Shown piece by piece: positions 13,701 to 26,781 of a stretch of DNA of 64,000 nt (position 1 is its first letter; the number at the start of each line of letters is the position of its first letter). This stretch comes from Paecilomyces variotii (lineage: Eukaryota): assembly GCA_004022145.1 (NCBI GenBank), contig RCNU01000002.1; one strand, 5' to 3'. The position numbers were made by a program, and so were the translations under genes. Below the pieces are notes generated by a model. It worked only from the letters and a program-made list of their open reading frames with translations, ran no database searches and had not been told where the DNA came from.

Positions 13701-15042
13701 TCATCTCCTCATCTCCTAGAAATTAGAACTGGTCATATGTCTACCAGTGCTATGTACAGTACTTACTAAATGCTGGTACGTACTTTCAGAGATACCTCTA
13801 TCCGCACCATAGAATCCGTGCAACCTAATTCCCTCCGCTGACAATTTATTATTACTTAGTTAGATAGTGCTAACTATCAAACTACTAACCTACCCACACT
13901 AAGCAGAAAAACCGAAGAGAAAAAGAAAAAGCAAAATACAAACCAAACCCCTCCTTAGATCTGACGAACTCATTGACCGGACTATTCCGAGATTCGCGAA
14001 CTAAGTTAAAAAGGTTTTCTTTCCAAGAATGCATAGTTAAAGCTTTGGTTCTGGTGGAGTAACTGAACTACTAACAGTATTAATTAATGCGCTTGAACTG
14101 AATGGAGTTAGTTGTACTGTAAGTAAGTCCATCAGCGGGACGGGTAAGTATGTTCCGTAGCCGGGAGGTCCGCAGTTCGTACCATGGATTTTAACGAGTT
14201 TTACGAGTCGCTGTGGATAGGTAACTATGTACTATACAGAGTGCGGACAGTAGTTATCAGGAAATATCATCTGCTGCCAAGAAACGCCACGGGTGATTCT
14301 GCAGAAAATTAAGTGGAAGTTGAATTGATGCGACTGTTTTGTGTCATGTTGTAATATTGTGTGAGGTGTGTTTTAGACTATGCCTCCTTTGTTGGAAGCG
14401 GGTCCTTTGATATCGGGTTACTCCGTATATATGTGGCAGTTCTGGCTCTTGATGTCTTTAGGTTTTTGCAATAATGGATATAAAATCCTGACATCTATTT
14501 AGTTTGCAGCGCACACTCCTTCGCAGACCTTATTAATTGACACATCCTGTCTTGTCTATGTTCAATCACGGGGCGCTACGACGTATTCCAGTAAGTCTAG
14601 ATGGGACCGAGATACCCAATGATGGCTATATTCTCCCGTCGAAGGAAGAGAGATACATACCATGTCAAAGTCCTTCTTGGTGAAGTCGCAAGTGAGGCTT
14701 GATGTTCTGGATGGTCTCGACTCCTCTTCTACAAGGTAGACATCCTTGCATCAACATCAACAGATACGAGTAAAGTTTAGTGGCCAGGGTGCCGTAGCCA
14801 AAACTTTTCCGCATTAGGAATGTGAGATGAAACATTGGATGATATATCATGTCCCTTTGCCTGAGGCACTCCGCCATGTCATTATCCAGCGGTCGAGACT
14901 TTATTAAAGAGCGGGCTGCGAACGGGGAGTCAGTTGTTAATCCGTCTGTGGTGCACCGTACCATGGATGCGCTACACTTAAATGCCAACATTGGAGGCTT
15001 TTCTGTCTTGACAGTAAACCTCCTAGATAGCGGGAAGTAGTA

Positions 15043-15479
15043 ACGTAATTCCCTACCAACCGGATCACCCGCCCAAGCGGATCAGTGCCGTATTACATAT
15101 AAAATAGCCCTTTTTTAAACCAAAATATCTCAACAATCAAGTATCTAAAGGTTATCAGAACGGATATATACAAAATATATATTATTAAGATTATATATGT
15201 CTAATTTTATCTGCTTAAGTCTTGCCATTATCTAGATATCTTAAATAGAATATAATTATAAAAATTATAACGGTAATTTATATTATCTAAATAATAAGCA
15301 ATTTTTAGAGCCTAAAATCTTAGTATATAAAAGTTTACTATAATAGAAAGCAATATACTAAGTATTATATGCGCTAGATATATGATTGTTGAGAAATCTT
15401 GGTTTTAAAAGACATCGTTCTGTATGTTATATGCCACTGATCCGCTTGGGCGGGTGATCCGGTCGGTAGGGAATTACGT
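15043..15479. mobile_element. Non-autonomous Tc1/mariner-pogo (Fot1/Tan1-type, Vader-like) MITE, 437 bp, with TA target-site duplication
   Basis: 45-bp TIRs ACGTAATTCCCTACC(A/G)ACCGGATCACCCGCCCAAGCGGATCAGTG with 1 mismatch, extending imperfectly to 97 bp. TA at 15041-42 and 15480-81. AT-rich non-coding interior. Confidence 0.93.
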
Positions 15480-17862
15480 TACCGGTTCCATGATCCTGTT
15501 TCTATTGTTGAGAACGTCGCTAATCTCTAGTCCTGGGGGAATGGGGAAACAAAAGGACAGAAATGTCAGTGCGCCAGTACTCTAGACTTCAGACGATTTC
15601 CCTCTATGAAGATGTTTGCCTCGACGAAGAGGACGAATGTAGGATACACGCCTAAAAGCGTCATTACTTTCCATCTCCTTGTTCATCACTAAATTGAGAT
15701 CTCCATAGATCGCCTCATCTTGAACGATTAATTAATTACTTACCAACCGGCCCATGCCGGAACAATGCGATGCTACTCCTTCCCCCATGGGAACGAGCCG
15801 GGGGGGAAGTCGATAATACGGTTGCTGCAGCCGAGGAGTCCAGTCAATCTGAAATTGTTGCTAATTATGTCCATTTTTCTTTCCTCACGAAAGGGTGGTC
15901 GGGGATTGGCTGGTAGGCCATAAAGAGTGTTAACTGCAGATGGTTATTATTAGCAAAATGCACCCAATGCAGATAGAATTAGGGCTGTCGAGCCATCTGC
16001 AGCCCAGGTACCAACCAAAAAAGGGAAATTAACAGCATTTGACATGGGCGGTTAAATGCTGCTAATTAAGGAGCATCGGCCATCTTATCACATCGTCCGA
16101 GCGTCTTTTTCACGCGAGTTTGGCTGTTGTTTTCCCCCCCGCCTCGAGCCTGCACGGACGGGACTAAATTAGCCTATCTGTATGATGTACTGTACCAAGC
16201 CGGCAAGGTTAAGCAGGTTAATTACATTAATTCAAATCAAATTAAATCAACTAGACTAAACTAAACTAAACTAAAAGTCATCCATCACACTTCAGTTCCG
16301 TTGGCTGCGGGCTTCCCGTGCTGCATGGCATGGGGCGCTCCCACGGACCACGCCGTTCTGGATATCATCCAATCCAGCCTGGAGAAGATGGAAGCTTGGC
16401 ATGCACTTGGATCTCACGCTATGCTCATAATCTCCTCGTGCAAAAAGCCCTGGTTCTTTCTACAAAACGAGTTTCCACTCTCGTGCTTTCGACTTGCTGT
16501 TATTGGGCATTCCTGCCAAACGAGGTCCTCCAGTACTCGTTCCCTCCAGCCCCCGGATGGAGTCGGGGATGCACGATAGGCGGAATCTAGAGTGACCTCC
16601 GTCCTTGTCGACTAACTAGAACCGCTAAGTTAGTCAACTGTTCCATTCAAGATCGGACATCGTTCTGTGCGCAATAATACTAGATGGCCCTCTTCTTCTC
16701 CGAACCGATGTCGCCCCAAGAGTGGAGAGAGATGAAAAGATCCACCGGATCCAGATAGGAGAGCCGCTGCACATTTGCTTCTCTATCTACTCCGTACCGG
16801 CCAAGTCCCTCGCTAGTGAGATCTTCAGCCTTGTGCCTCCCATACTGGGTTAATACCCAGGCTGGCAGATCGGCAATCTCGTAGAGATGAGACCCTGTAT
16901 CAGGGGGTAGTGGACAATTATGGCTACTGCTTTCTGGCGTCATCAAACAGTAGTAAATTTGCGGCACAGTCATAGCAGAGAATACCCCATGTCGGACGAT
17001 TTCAGAAGCAGAATCTCCTAAACATCGCTTCTCTCTTTGCGCGTGACGTTGACAATACTTCTTCTGACCGTGGGATCGATGCAGGGGCAGCTAAACTGCA
17101 ACTAAACTCCTAGCTTCCTTGGGCCTTGTCCAACTGATAAACAGGGTGTGAAGATGTACATACACTTTGGAGCTCGCACCTATCATATCCTCCATTTTAC
17201 CCGGCCACACGAGAAACGAAAGGGTTCGTCGCCGCCGTCTGGAAGTCGTCGAGCCATCCACGTCCAGCGGTTGTTGATCCTTGCCCGGCGCTATCCTGCA
17301 TGTCCTCCCCCCTGTTCATTCAATCGGCACGATCGAGTCTGTATTCTTGAGGTTCACCCAAATTTAGGCTGCTAAGCCGGTCCCTTGACACCTGCTAGAT
17401 CGTCCCGTAGCGCCATTTTGTTTTTAGACCTCCTTTCTGCGGCTTTCTGGTGAGGTTGGATCCAATTACAGATCTCCCCGCTAGCATCCCATCGACTCGT
17501 GGACTCCACAAAGGTCGTCTAAAGGGCGAAAATAGAAACAGTTCTGTCGCTTGTTCAGTCGAAGCACCGACTTTTAAACTCATCATGTCCAAGATCTGGA
17601 GAATAATGAAGCGTGTAGAGCCGCACAGGTTTTGTTGTGCTTCCTCTCCCGCCTCTCCCCGTCCTGTCTCTTCCCTGGATAGCCAAAGCTGCCGGTCCAG
17701 CTTTGCAATTGCGGTCTGAATAGTCTGGAATAGCTAGCTGGTCTTGCAACTGTTCCGGCCCGTCAACAGTTCCCTGGAGGAGATTCTGAGGGCTACTGGT
17801 TTTATTGAATTTATTGTTATTTCTTTTTTTGCTTGATGTGCATGCGCCCTGAAACTGTCAAT

Positions 17863-20029
17863 ATGGGCAGCACCAAGAAGCCGACGTCGACCTCGTCAAA
17901 GAAATCCGCTGCACCGAAGAAAGAGTCCAATCCTTCCAAGCCCCGTTCTTCAGACAGCAAGAAGGCTGATTCGGAAAATAAGTCCGATGCCAGCCTTCAC
18001 AAGCGTTCGCGTTCAGGTAAGACAACGCCTTCCTCTCTCCTTGGGCCGAATTCCCTATTGATCCTTAATGCGCCTGCCAGTGTTAGGGTGTTATACCTGC
18101 CGATTGCGAAGAAAGAAGTGCGACGAAAGACATCCATCTTGCTCAGCCTGCATCAACCTGTGCGTAAAATGCGAGTATACGCGGCCGTCGTGGTGGGGAA
18201 CCCCCGAAGAGCGGAGTATGCAGAAGGAAAAGGTGAAGAACAAGATCCGACAGACTAAGATGAACGAGAAGCTGGTGTCCAAGAGAGGTAGGCTGGCCCT
18301 CTCCTCTGATGCTGGCTATCCTGATGTCCAACACTATATGGCAGATCGCGCGCGCAGTTACTCGAATGGATCTCCACTGTTTTCTGGATACGATTTCAAT
18401 AATCCTACCTTGTGCGAGCCTTACGATCCGTTCGCTCCACATCTTTCGACACGGGCCTTCATGCAGGGACCTTATATACACGATGCTTATGAAGTCGACA
18501 TTAAAACAGAACGGCAGATGTTTGTCAACGACGTGCCTATATGCCATGAATCCTCGACGTCAACCTTTAATACATACACGCCGCCATATCTACATGCGAC
18601 GCTTCCCGAATTTCCAGAAGAAAATTGGCTCCTTGCGCAGAGTCAGCCTGCACCATTTCTGGAATTGGACCCGGCATTGTATGAAGCGACAAACTCTCAC
18701 TCTTACTCGTTTTGGCAGACGAACGTTCCTGTAGAGGAGCGCGATCGACCGCTCTTAAACCACTTCCTCGAGAACGTGCTTCGACTGATCTTTCCCATCT
18801 TAGAAGTTCACCAGCGCGGCCCGTCGCGAACAAAGGCGATTATTCATTCACTAGAGACAAACAAGTCTTACCTTCATTGCTGTCTCAGCGTTGCTGCGAT
18901 CCATATGAAGACAACCACAGCTCTCGAGAGCGAGGACATCGATCATGATATTATGCGCCATCGCTATGAGGCAGTATCAGAGCTGTGCCAAGCGTTGGGA
19001 AAGGATACGGACCATGAACAGATTCTGGAAGCCACACTAGCAATGATCTTCTTCCACTGCTCGGTAGGGTCTGTCGATGATTATCTCCCTGATATCCCGT
19101 GGAGCGACCACTTCCAGGCCGTGTCCAATCTAGTGGACAGGCTGGACCTTCCGGGTGCAATGCTCAGCTGCAGTCCCCATATGCAACCGCCATTCAACAT
19201 GACGTTGACTGCGTGGATCGATATCCTGGGCTCTACAATGCTGGGGAAGACACCTCAGTTCGCACATATGTACCGGGAGAAGCATCTGAGTAGTTCTTCC
19301 TCCGGTCTCCGCGAACTGATGGGATGCGATGATCGTGTCATGTATCTGATCTCAGAAATCGCCTGCCTTGAAGCCTTAAGAGCAGAGGGACGCGTTGACG
19401 ATATATCTGTCTGTTCCCATGTCCAAGCCTTGGGACAGCAGCTCGACTTCACGGAACCGTACGACCGGACTCTGGAGCTCCCCTATTCAGCGACCGGTGG
19501 TGCGATTCGCCCAGACCAGCTGACCAAAAACATGACCGCTGTTTTCCGCATTGCTGCTCGTATCTACCTCTGCAGTCTGGTTCCAGGGTTTGATCGGCAC
19601 CAGCAGAGCAATCTGGGCCTCATTTCAGCCTTTGCAGATGCCCTTCAATATGTTCCTGCGGGCCCTGACGGGTATGATCGTTCATTGGTCTGGCCACTGC
19701 TCATTGCTGGGACCTTTTCGGTTCCTTCTAGTCCTCTGCGCAGCGTATTGAACGAGCGCGTTATTCTGATGGGCGAACACGCAGATTTGGGTAGTTTCGG
19801 TCGCATGTGGCTTCTGCTACAGGAGGTCTGGCGTCTTGCAGATGATCCCATACTCCTTGCACCTCTCGACACCCAGAGTGAAGTACCGTCACTAGAAGCA
19901 CAGCCGTTTTTGAAAGAGGAAAGGTCGCCTACACCTGTTACAGGGCTGTCTGGCATCGAGCCTAGAAATCAACAAGTCCACTGGCGAGATGTTATGCAAC
20001 GTAACGGATGGCGCTTCCTCCTTATATGA
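17863..20029 (+). CDS. Zn(II)2Cys6 transcription factor, Pro1/NosA/RosA family (sexual development regulator); intron 18017-18086
   Basis: [35 protein letters not shown] cluster, a fungal TF C-terminal domain and a [15 protein letters not shown] end typical of Pro1. The paralogue (nosA or rosA) is not resolved. Confidence 0.92.
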
Positions 20030-21964
20030 GCTTTTTTTTTTTTTTTCTTTCTTCCGCACTTCAAGGAGTATTGGAAAGGACACTATTTCGGGGATATCTT
20101 ACCTGGGGTTTCCTTTCAGGATGATACCATGGCGCAATTACTCAAGGATCAGAGGATATACCACATTTGTCTGAAGAGACAAGGGACCGGCAAAAGACAG
20201 GGATTTTGTACAGTTGATCCGGATATAAATATTAAATCGCAGTATGTTATCTTATTCCTCATAATACTCATCACAATCAATTAGTTGATATTGATAATAT
20301 CCTAGTAGGATACAGCTGCTCTCCCGGGTGCGACACGTCCAGCTGTTAAACGACGAGGCCCAGCACATGTAGGTGTCGGACTCCCTTCACTGCAGAAATT
20401 TCGAAGCTGATGTCCATCTACTTATAGCACCACATCGGTATCGATAATGCCGTATGAGATGGCTACCCTTCCGCTAGAACGTACATTCGACAAGCACATT
20501 CTACCACCGCACCCTCAACTCCCAGTCCGTCTAGCTGTCAACTTTGGAAGGGTAACAGCATCCTGCGACGCATAATACATGACATCCCCACAAAAATACA
20601 GCAGTGTTTCGCAATTTACTCAATACCGCCGGCGGTCAAGGCACTTTAACTAATACTTCGACGAGGTCTTCCAGGAGAGGATACGACACCTACCACAAAT
20701 GCTGGCCATTTGTTACGCACCATCACTTTAATTTTTTCTAATATAATCACAAGCGTGAGAGGGAGAGAGTTCTGAAAACTATTCCATGACGATATATATA
20801 TTCATGTCGAAGAGGGAAAACACAAGGAGATCAAGTTCTTGATGCGTTATTGTGAGATACTTGGGTATATATCCGGTAGCTTTTTTATCTACCAGAGACG
20901 AATCTTCTACATATTATTTTTCCTTTTGGGTCTTAGTTATGCATGCATACTTGGGAGTTCGAGTTATGCAGGAATCGGTGTTTTCCGCAGTCGGTTTGGG
21001 TCATTCGTTAGGTCTGGGACGGAGACAAGACCACAATGATGTATACAATGTTAGGTGCATAGCATAGAGTAGATAGCAGGGAAAGATCATTCACTCACTC
21101 ATCATAAGAACTTCCTATGGAAACCTATCTTCCATGAAAAAAAGAGCAATTACTTAACTACACCTCTTGGCTGTCGTAATTGTCGGACGGGTATCTCATC
21201 TCAACCATCCCCCCGCCGCAACCCCTGATTGTCTATGGTAGAGCATGACTGAACTCATGAACCCTTCCCAGTCCTCGTAATACTTTTATCTTTTCCATGG
21301 TGCTCTATGATGTCTACAGTATCCACCAGACACAACTAATGCGGAGAAATGAGGTATGAGTAGCCAAATCTGGGCCCCAAGTGATCGCAATGAATGGGGA
21401 CCTTGTAAGTATGTGCTTACATAATCGCATACTTATTGCTAGTTACAGCATTTCGATTCGAGTATGAACAGAAAGCTGTTCTAATTGCTACCTAGATATC
21501 GTTGTTAATTCGAATTCTTTATGGAAATTTAGTCAGGCGTATATATTCAGATAATATCTACATGGCTGAGAGAATCATCTTCTCCTCGGATCGACCCGAC
21601 GCAGACGGTCATGTTTCGCCTCCCATGTCATCATCCTGATGCATCCCTCTCCACCCGAATGTACCATAGAGTTAGGAACAACAGTATGAAGTCAGTGGTG
21701 CTAGCGCTAGAGCCCTGTATTTTTTTTGTTCTCCACATAATAATTCCTTGCTTCTTGATTCTATACCGTGAGATAGGTATATATAAATCGCAAGTTCGTC
21801 CAGAGAACAGGGGTCTTCTTCTGTTCAGCAGGAAAGCATACCTACTTACTTATTTGAGGATATATACGACTATAAGTTTACGTTGAGATATTTCTTCGAC
21901 TACTCCACGAACGAAGTCTTTCATCTAACAATCTTGAGAACGAACATCATAGATATTATTCAAG

Positions 21965-22399
21965 ATGTCTTCTCCTCACCAGGGCGGTTCCCTCTCCGAC
22001 TTCGCCCAGTCCGGCACCTCCATCCCTAACGACGCCGGTATCCAAAATACTCTACCTTCCGTCGCTCGTCCCGACCAGCAGCGTCATCACCATCAGTTCG
22101 AATATGAAGGCCAGGACCAGCCTTCCCTGGCTATGGCGGCGGACAATCCGCGCGACATGCCCCGCAGCACTCGCGACATGCACGCCTCTGGCGAAGTCAC
22201 CACTGGAACGGGCGATGCGCTTCCTGCAGAGATCGAGTCGAAGCGTCTACACTATGGCGGTCATGACCCCGGTGCGAAGGGTGATCCGAGGAACTTGAAG
22301 CATGCGGTGCAGAACCGTAGTCAGTTTGATAAGTTCGCTGGTGAGGACCCAGATGCAGATGCGGCGAATCAGGAGCATGAGTGGAGGAACAGGGAGTGA
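21965..22399 (+). CDS. Small hydrophilic hypothetical protein (144 aa)
   Basis: Good start context (CAAGATG), coding-like GC bias, upstream TATATAAA near 21780; D/Q/G-rich. Confidence 0.75.
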   Translation: MSSPHQGGSLSDFAQSGTSIPNDAGIQNTLPSVARPDQQRHHHQFEYEGQDQPSLAMAADNPRDMPRSTRDMHASGEVTTGTGDALPAEIESKRLHYGGHDPGAKGDPRNLKHAVQNRSQFDKFAGEDPDADAANQEHEWRNRE

Positions 22400-22649
22400 A
22401 TCGTTTTTCTCCTTGTTTCTTATATATTTTGGTAAGTTCCAGTTAGGAATGGTGATGGATTTGGACCATTTGTATTATTAGGATGATTCGTGAGGGCATT
22501 GTGTATGATTAGTCTGGAAATTCCCAACGAGATATTGATTGACGACTGATCTCTTTTGGCTTCTTTGGCTCCGATGTAGAATTTGACGTAGTTTATCTTG
22601 AAGCTATGGTAATATTATATTAACGACGAGGTTAGGACGTGGCTTGAAT

Positions 22650-24226
22650 TCATGTGAATCGCACGGACGGAGCTACCAGTCCCTGGTAGATTTCATCAAG
22701 AACATCTCTCTTTCGCTTGCGTTCTTCCAATTCTGCTTCCTCCTTTTCCTCGTCTGGCTCACCTTCAGGTACCCTTGATGCCCAGGCTCTGATCGTTCCG
22801 TCTCCATGTGCAGAAAACATTTCGAGACCCTCTCCTGATGCTCCATTCCCGCGCCAGGCGAGAGCATTGATCCTAGCAGCGCTCAGTGCGTTCGATCCGC
22901 CACGCTGTCGATGGCGCTCAGCTGAAATAAGACCAGGGACTTTGAGCCGTTTGACGAAGTTCCCTTCTCGTAGTCCGAACATGAATATTTCCCCTCGGTC
23001 ATCTTGGTCGTTAAAGTTGGGCCACAGCAGCGTTTCCTGTCCCGAGCCCATGATACTTTGTGGGAGAATGAGTGGTGCTCTCTCTGCGAGATGTGACGAG
23101 ACACTGTTGCGGACCCGCGGTCCAAAATGAACTAGAGTATTCGCGCCTGTGTATGCATCCCAGACACGGATTCGGGCATCTTGACCGGTTGTCACCAGGT
23201 GACTGCCATTCGACGTCCAGCGCACTCCAGTCACTGCGCCATTGTGGGCACGAGCATGGCGTGAGAACGGCTGTCGGGGTTGGTATGAAGACGGGGCCGA
23301 CCTAGGGGCGACAACGCCAACAGCATCATCCATGTCAAGAGTAGCTATAGCTGAGTTATGTCCGCCACGACGGACATCGAAGATTATCACTCGGTTGTCC
23401 GTTGATGCGGAGGCTAGTATATGCGGGTCGTGAGGCGCCCAGCACACAGACAGAACCGAGGAGGTATGCCCCGGTAAGGCATGAGTAGACAAGCCAGAGC
23501 GGAGATCCAAGAGCCGTACAGACTTCTCGGACGTTCCTACGGCGATGAGAAGAGTTGATGACGGATGAGCAGAAAATGAATGAGAGTACGGAGTCGCATG
23601 CAAGGTAAATGTATGCACTGGCGTGATCGCGGTCGGCTCCAGTGCTGACAGCTTCAGCGTACTGTCATGCGCAGTAGTCAAAATCGTCGACGGAACTGGA
23701 TCAAACGGATAAATCGACAAGGATGTTATAGCATGCGTATGTGCAGATTCATGGGAGGATCTGGTGTGGTCAGCACCCAGAGACCGATCACTTCCCGGAA
23801 AGGGAAACTAACTTATCCATAGAAGCAATGGACTGGTGCAGATGGTCCAATTCTGCTCCTCTGCTCTCGAGGTCCCAAAGATGAATCGATGGGTCTGCAC
23901 CGCCGGATACCATGCTACATAGACTTAGCTAGCGTATCATAGCAATATTGGGTGTGTGAGACGTACTATCGTCCGTCATACTGATCAATTGCCAGCACAT
24001 TTACACCCGCTACATGAGCAGACACATCCTCGATAGTAGGAACTCGAATGACGCGTTCTGCCCCATCATTGGCAACGCTGTTTGCCCTTAGAACAGTACG
24101 CTGGCGACTATTGAACCGGATACCGGGAGCGGGCTCAAGAAGGTGTGCCAGTCGCGATGTCTGAGCAACATGGAAGGCTGAGGGACTAATAGACCCTAGC
24201 TGCCTGTTTAATATATATGAATTCAT
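22650..24226 (-). CDS. WD40 protein, CSA/ERCC8/Rad28 family (transcription-coupled repair); introns 23966-23915 and 23812-23761
   Basis: GVNVLAIDQYDGRYMVSGGAD, LLDLRSG...H.LPGH...VLSVCWAP and AHNGAVTGVRWT...LVTTGQD match CSA. Confidence 0.9.
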
Positions 24227-24499
24227 GCATCAGGAATATACCAGCACGAGTATAGCGCCGTTATATGACTCTGAGTTTAAACCATTCAAGGTGCAGGACG
24301 CTCTGGTTTCATCCCTGTTCTCGACATCATATCGCGGAAGTAATGGACGTTCTTAGGAACGGCACGCCGGAGCCGGACAAAGATATATTCCGTTATCGGC
24401 ATTCTTATCGTTTTTATCTTCATCTTCAACACCATCACACTTTCAGAAGGCCTGGCCTTCTAAAGATTGAAATGACAATTTCATAAACGCTCAGTCGGG

Positions 24500-25260
24500 A
24501 TGTCTCAGGGAAAGTCCTTGGCGTTAAGCCAAGGCACCTTCCTACAGCCTCCTTCGGAAGATGAGGGAGACGTGCGGGAACCGTCGTTGGAGAGACAGAA
24601 ACGACACGCTAATCTCTACGATGCCATTGCAGGTTCGTCCATCATGCTATATTTTTCTCGAACTTGACTAATTGTTCAGGACGCGTGGCCGCGGGTGGAT
24701 TCGTGTCTACATCGCAGAGGGTTGCAAGATACCGCGACCGAACATCTTCCAGCACTACTGCAGTACGACCGGAAGAAGTCTTATTTCGACGCCAGAGCGC
24801 CCCTATTCGTTACGAAGAAAACGATTTCTACTTCGCACACGAGGATCTTCCACCGGACTGTTCCCTTCCGGATTCTGAAATGCTGCAAGCAATACACTCT
24901 TACTGCTCGGATTTCTACGACAGAGCAACACTGGATCGAGGCCAGGATGATTTTCGAAGTATGGACGAAACTGCATTGATTGCTATGGGTGTGTTGCTCG
25001 AGGAAATGGCGGCTGAGTCTCTTGGGGAAACGGGAGACCTGGTCCTCGTGGAAGGTGAAATGGTTTCGGAGAACGAAGGCCAGTCAAGTCTCTTATCACG
25101 AGTGAGAACTGGTCGAAAGAGGAGGAGTACAGGCGTCAGCACGATAGGTGCAAGTTCTGGGGAGCAGCTGCCCAGCGTGCTCAAGAAGCAGAGGAAGAGG
25201 CGCAAGCTTACCCGCACAGTGTCTGCTGCTAATACAACCACAGGAGAGGAGGAAGGGTGA
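24500..25260 (+). CDS. Rrn10-like protein (RNA Pol I upstream activation factor subunit candidate); intron 24633-24679
   Basis: NLYDAIAGRV, PEEVL, LPDSEMLQAIHSY and MDETALIAMGVLLEE resemble yeast Rrn10 motifs (recalled, not searched); basic tail. Confidence 0.65.
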
Positions 25261-26042
25261 AGGGACGAGGGAACTAGTTATCATGGCTGATGATTAATTC
25301 TAGCCATCTTTTCGCTAGGGCGCATTGCCTTACTAGTGACACAAATCTTGGCTGTGTGTCGGACTTCACTGCTCGCGCCATGACATGATTATTGGCGTCA
25401 CATCGCCAGCAGCTCTCTACGCCGTCGAGTACCTGGGCTAGCCGCGTGCCACGCAATGCTTGAACCTGGTGCAGATGTGGCCAACTTGGACTAATACGTA
25501 TCTGCGTAAAATGAGAAAGCCGTGAGGATCAACCGATGAGGCCACAGGAGGCAAAAGAAGTATTAGAGATGCCGGTGGCCTAAGGTCAAGTCCTTGTCGA
25601 TCTCGGTATGCAAGGAAGAACAAAGGGCTTTCGCTTTCTTCGTGTCTATCAGTACATTCGAAATTGAAAAGTAAGCTCATCAAATAATGATGATAAAAAT
25701 TCTACCCTCTAAGCCTTCTGTCACATAAGCTGGTTACGTCTACATTGTATGAGTGCACTACTGCATCCTTTGCTCGAGTACAACTCTCGTAGCCAGATTT
25801 CCCAGGCTGCAGCCCCTCTCTACAACGGCATCCATCCATCAATTATTGTTGTCTAGCTTAGACCGTTGAACATGACCGCAGTCATATCTTGTTCTTTCGT
25901 CAACCTTCTCTAATTCAACTTTCAACAACTTTCGCAATTTAACACGAAGTCGACTTGACATCGAGAAGGACGCTCGAATCACAGTGACTGAGACGCACCT
26001 TACTTCCTTCTCTCTTTCTCACCTACCCAGGGTCGTCGCATC

Positions 26043-26781
26043 ATGGTACTGTATATACATATCTCAATCATACCCTATCCCCTCATCAAATTATCTACAA
26101 ACTCTAACACCTTCATAGCCTCCCAAAGGTCTCTCCCCAGCAGCAAAACAGCAACAAATCATCTCTCATCTCCGCTCCACACGTACATGCCACACGCTCA
26201 AGGACCTAGAAAAGATGCTCCCATCTGTAGCCTCCATCAACGGCATGCAAGTGAAAGACTATATCCAATCTCTCACAGACGAGGGTCAGCTACGCGTTGA
26301 GAAGATCGGGAGCGGGAATTGGTACTGGATTTTTCCGAGCGAGGAGAAGAGAGAGAAGCAACGGGTTCGAGACGCGTTGCTTAAGGAGGTGAGCAGGGCT
26401 GAGAAAGGCGTGAATGAGCTTGAAGCGCAGGTGGATAAGGTCAGGAAGGAAAGGGAGATGGATCGTGACGCGGATAGAGAGGATCCTAATAAGAGAGAAG
26501 AGTTGGAGGAGAGGCTTGGGGAGTTAGAGAGGGAGCTGAAGAAATTGAATGAGAGAGAGCAGATGGTGCTCAAAGATGGAGCGGGGAGTGTCAAAAAGAT
26601 GAGAGAGGATGTCGGTAATTGGAAGCAGGGTGCGAGTCTGTGGACGGATAATATCTATATTCTCGAAGCGTATTTGGAGAAGTTGGCTGGTGGAGATCGG
26701 GAGGTCGTTGAGGCTGTCAAGAGGGAGTGTTATGAAGATGAATATATTGAGGGAGAAGGGCTAAGAGAGCTTGAGTTGTGA
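26043..26781 (+). CDS. mnd1: Meiotic nuclear division protein Mnd1; first exon only ATG (intron 26046-26118)
   Basis: HTLKDLEKMLP, VKDYIQSLTDEGQLRVEKIGSGNWYW, a coiled coil and LWTDNIYIL. Confidence 0.93.

Noticed and set aside
14560-14991. Minus-strand ORF and splice-like signals next to the MITE (possible disrupted gene)
   Set aside because: No recognisable protein motif and no consistent exon chain.
18288-18344. Possible in-frame 57-nt second intron in the pro1-family gene
   Set aside because: The frame is open, the donor is weak and there is no clear branch point, so it cannot be decided from sequence alone.
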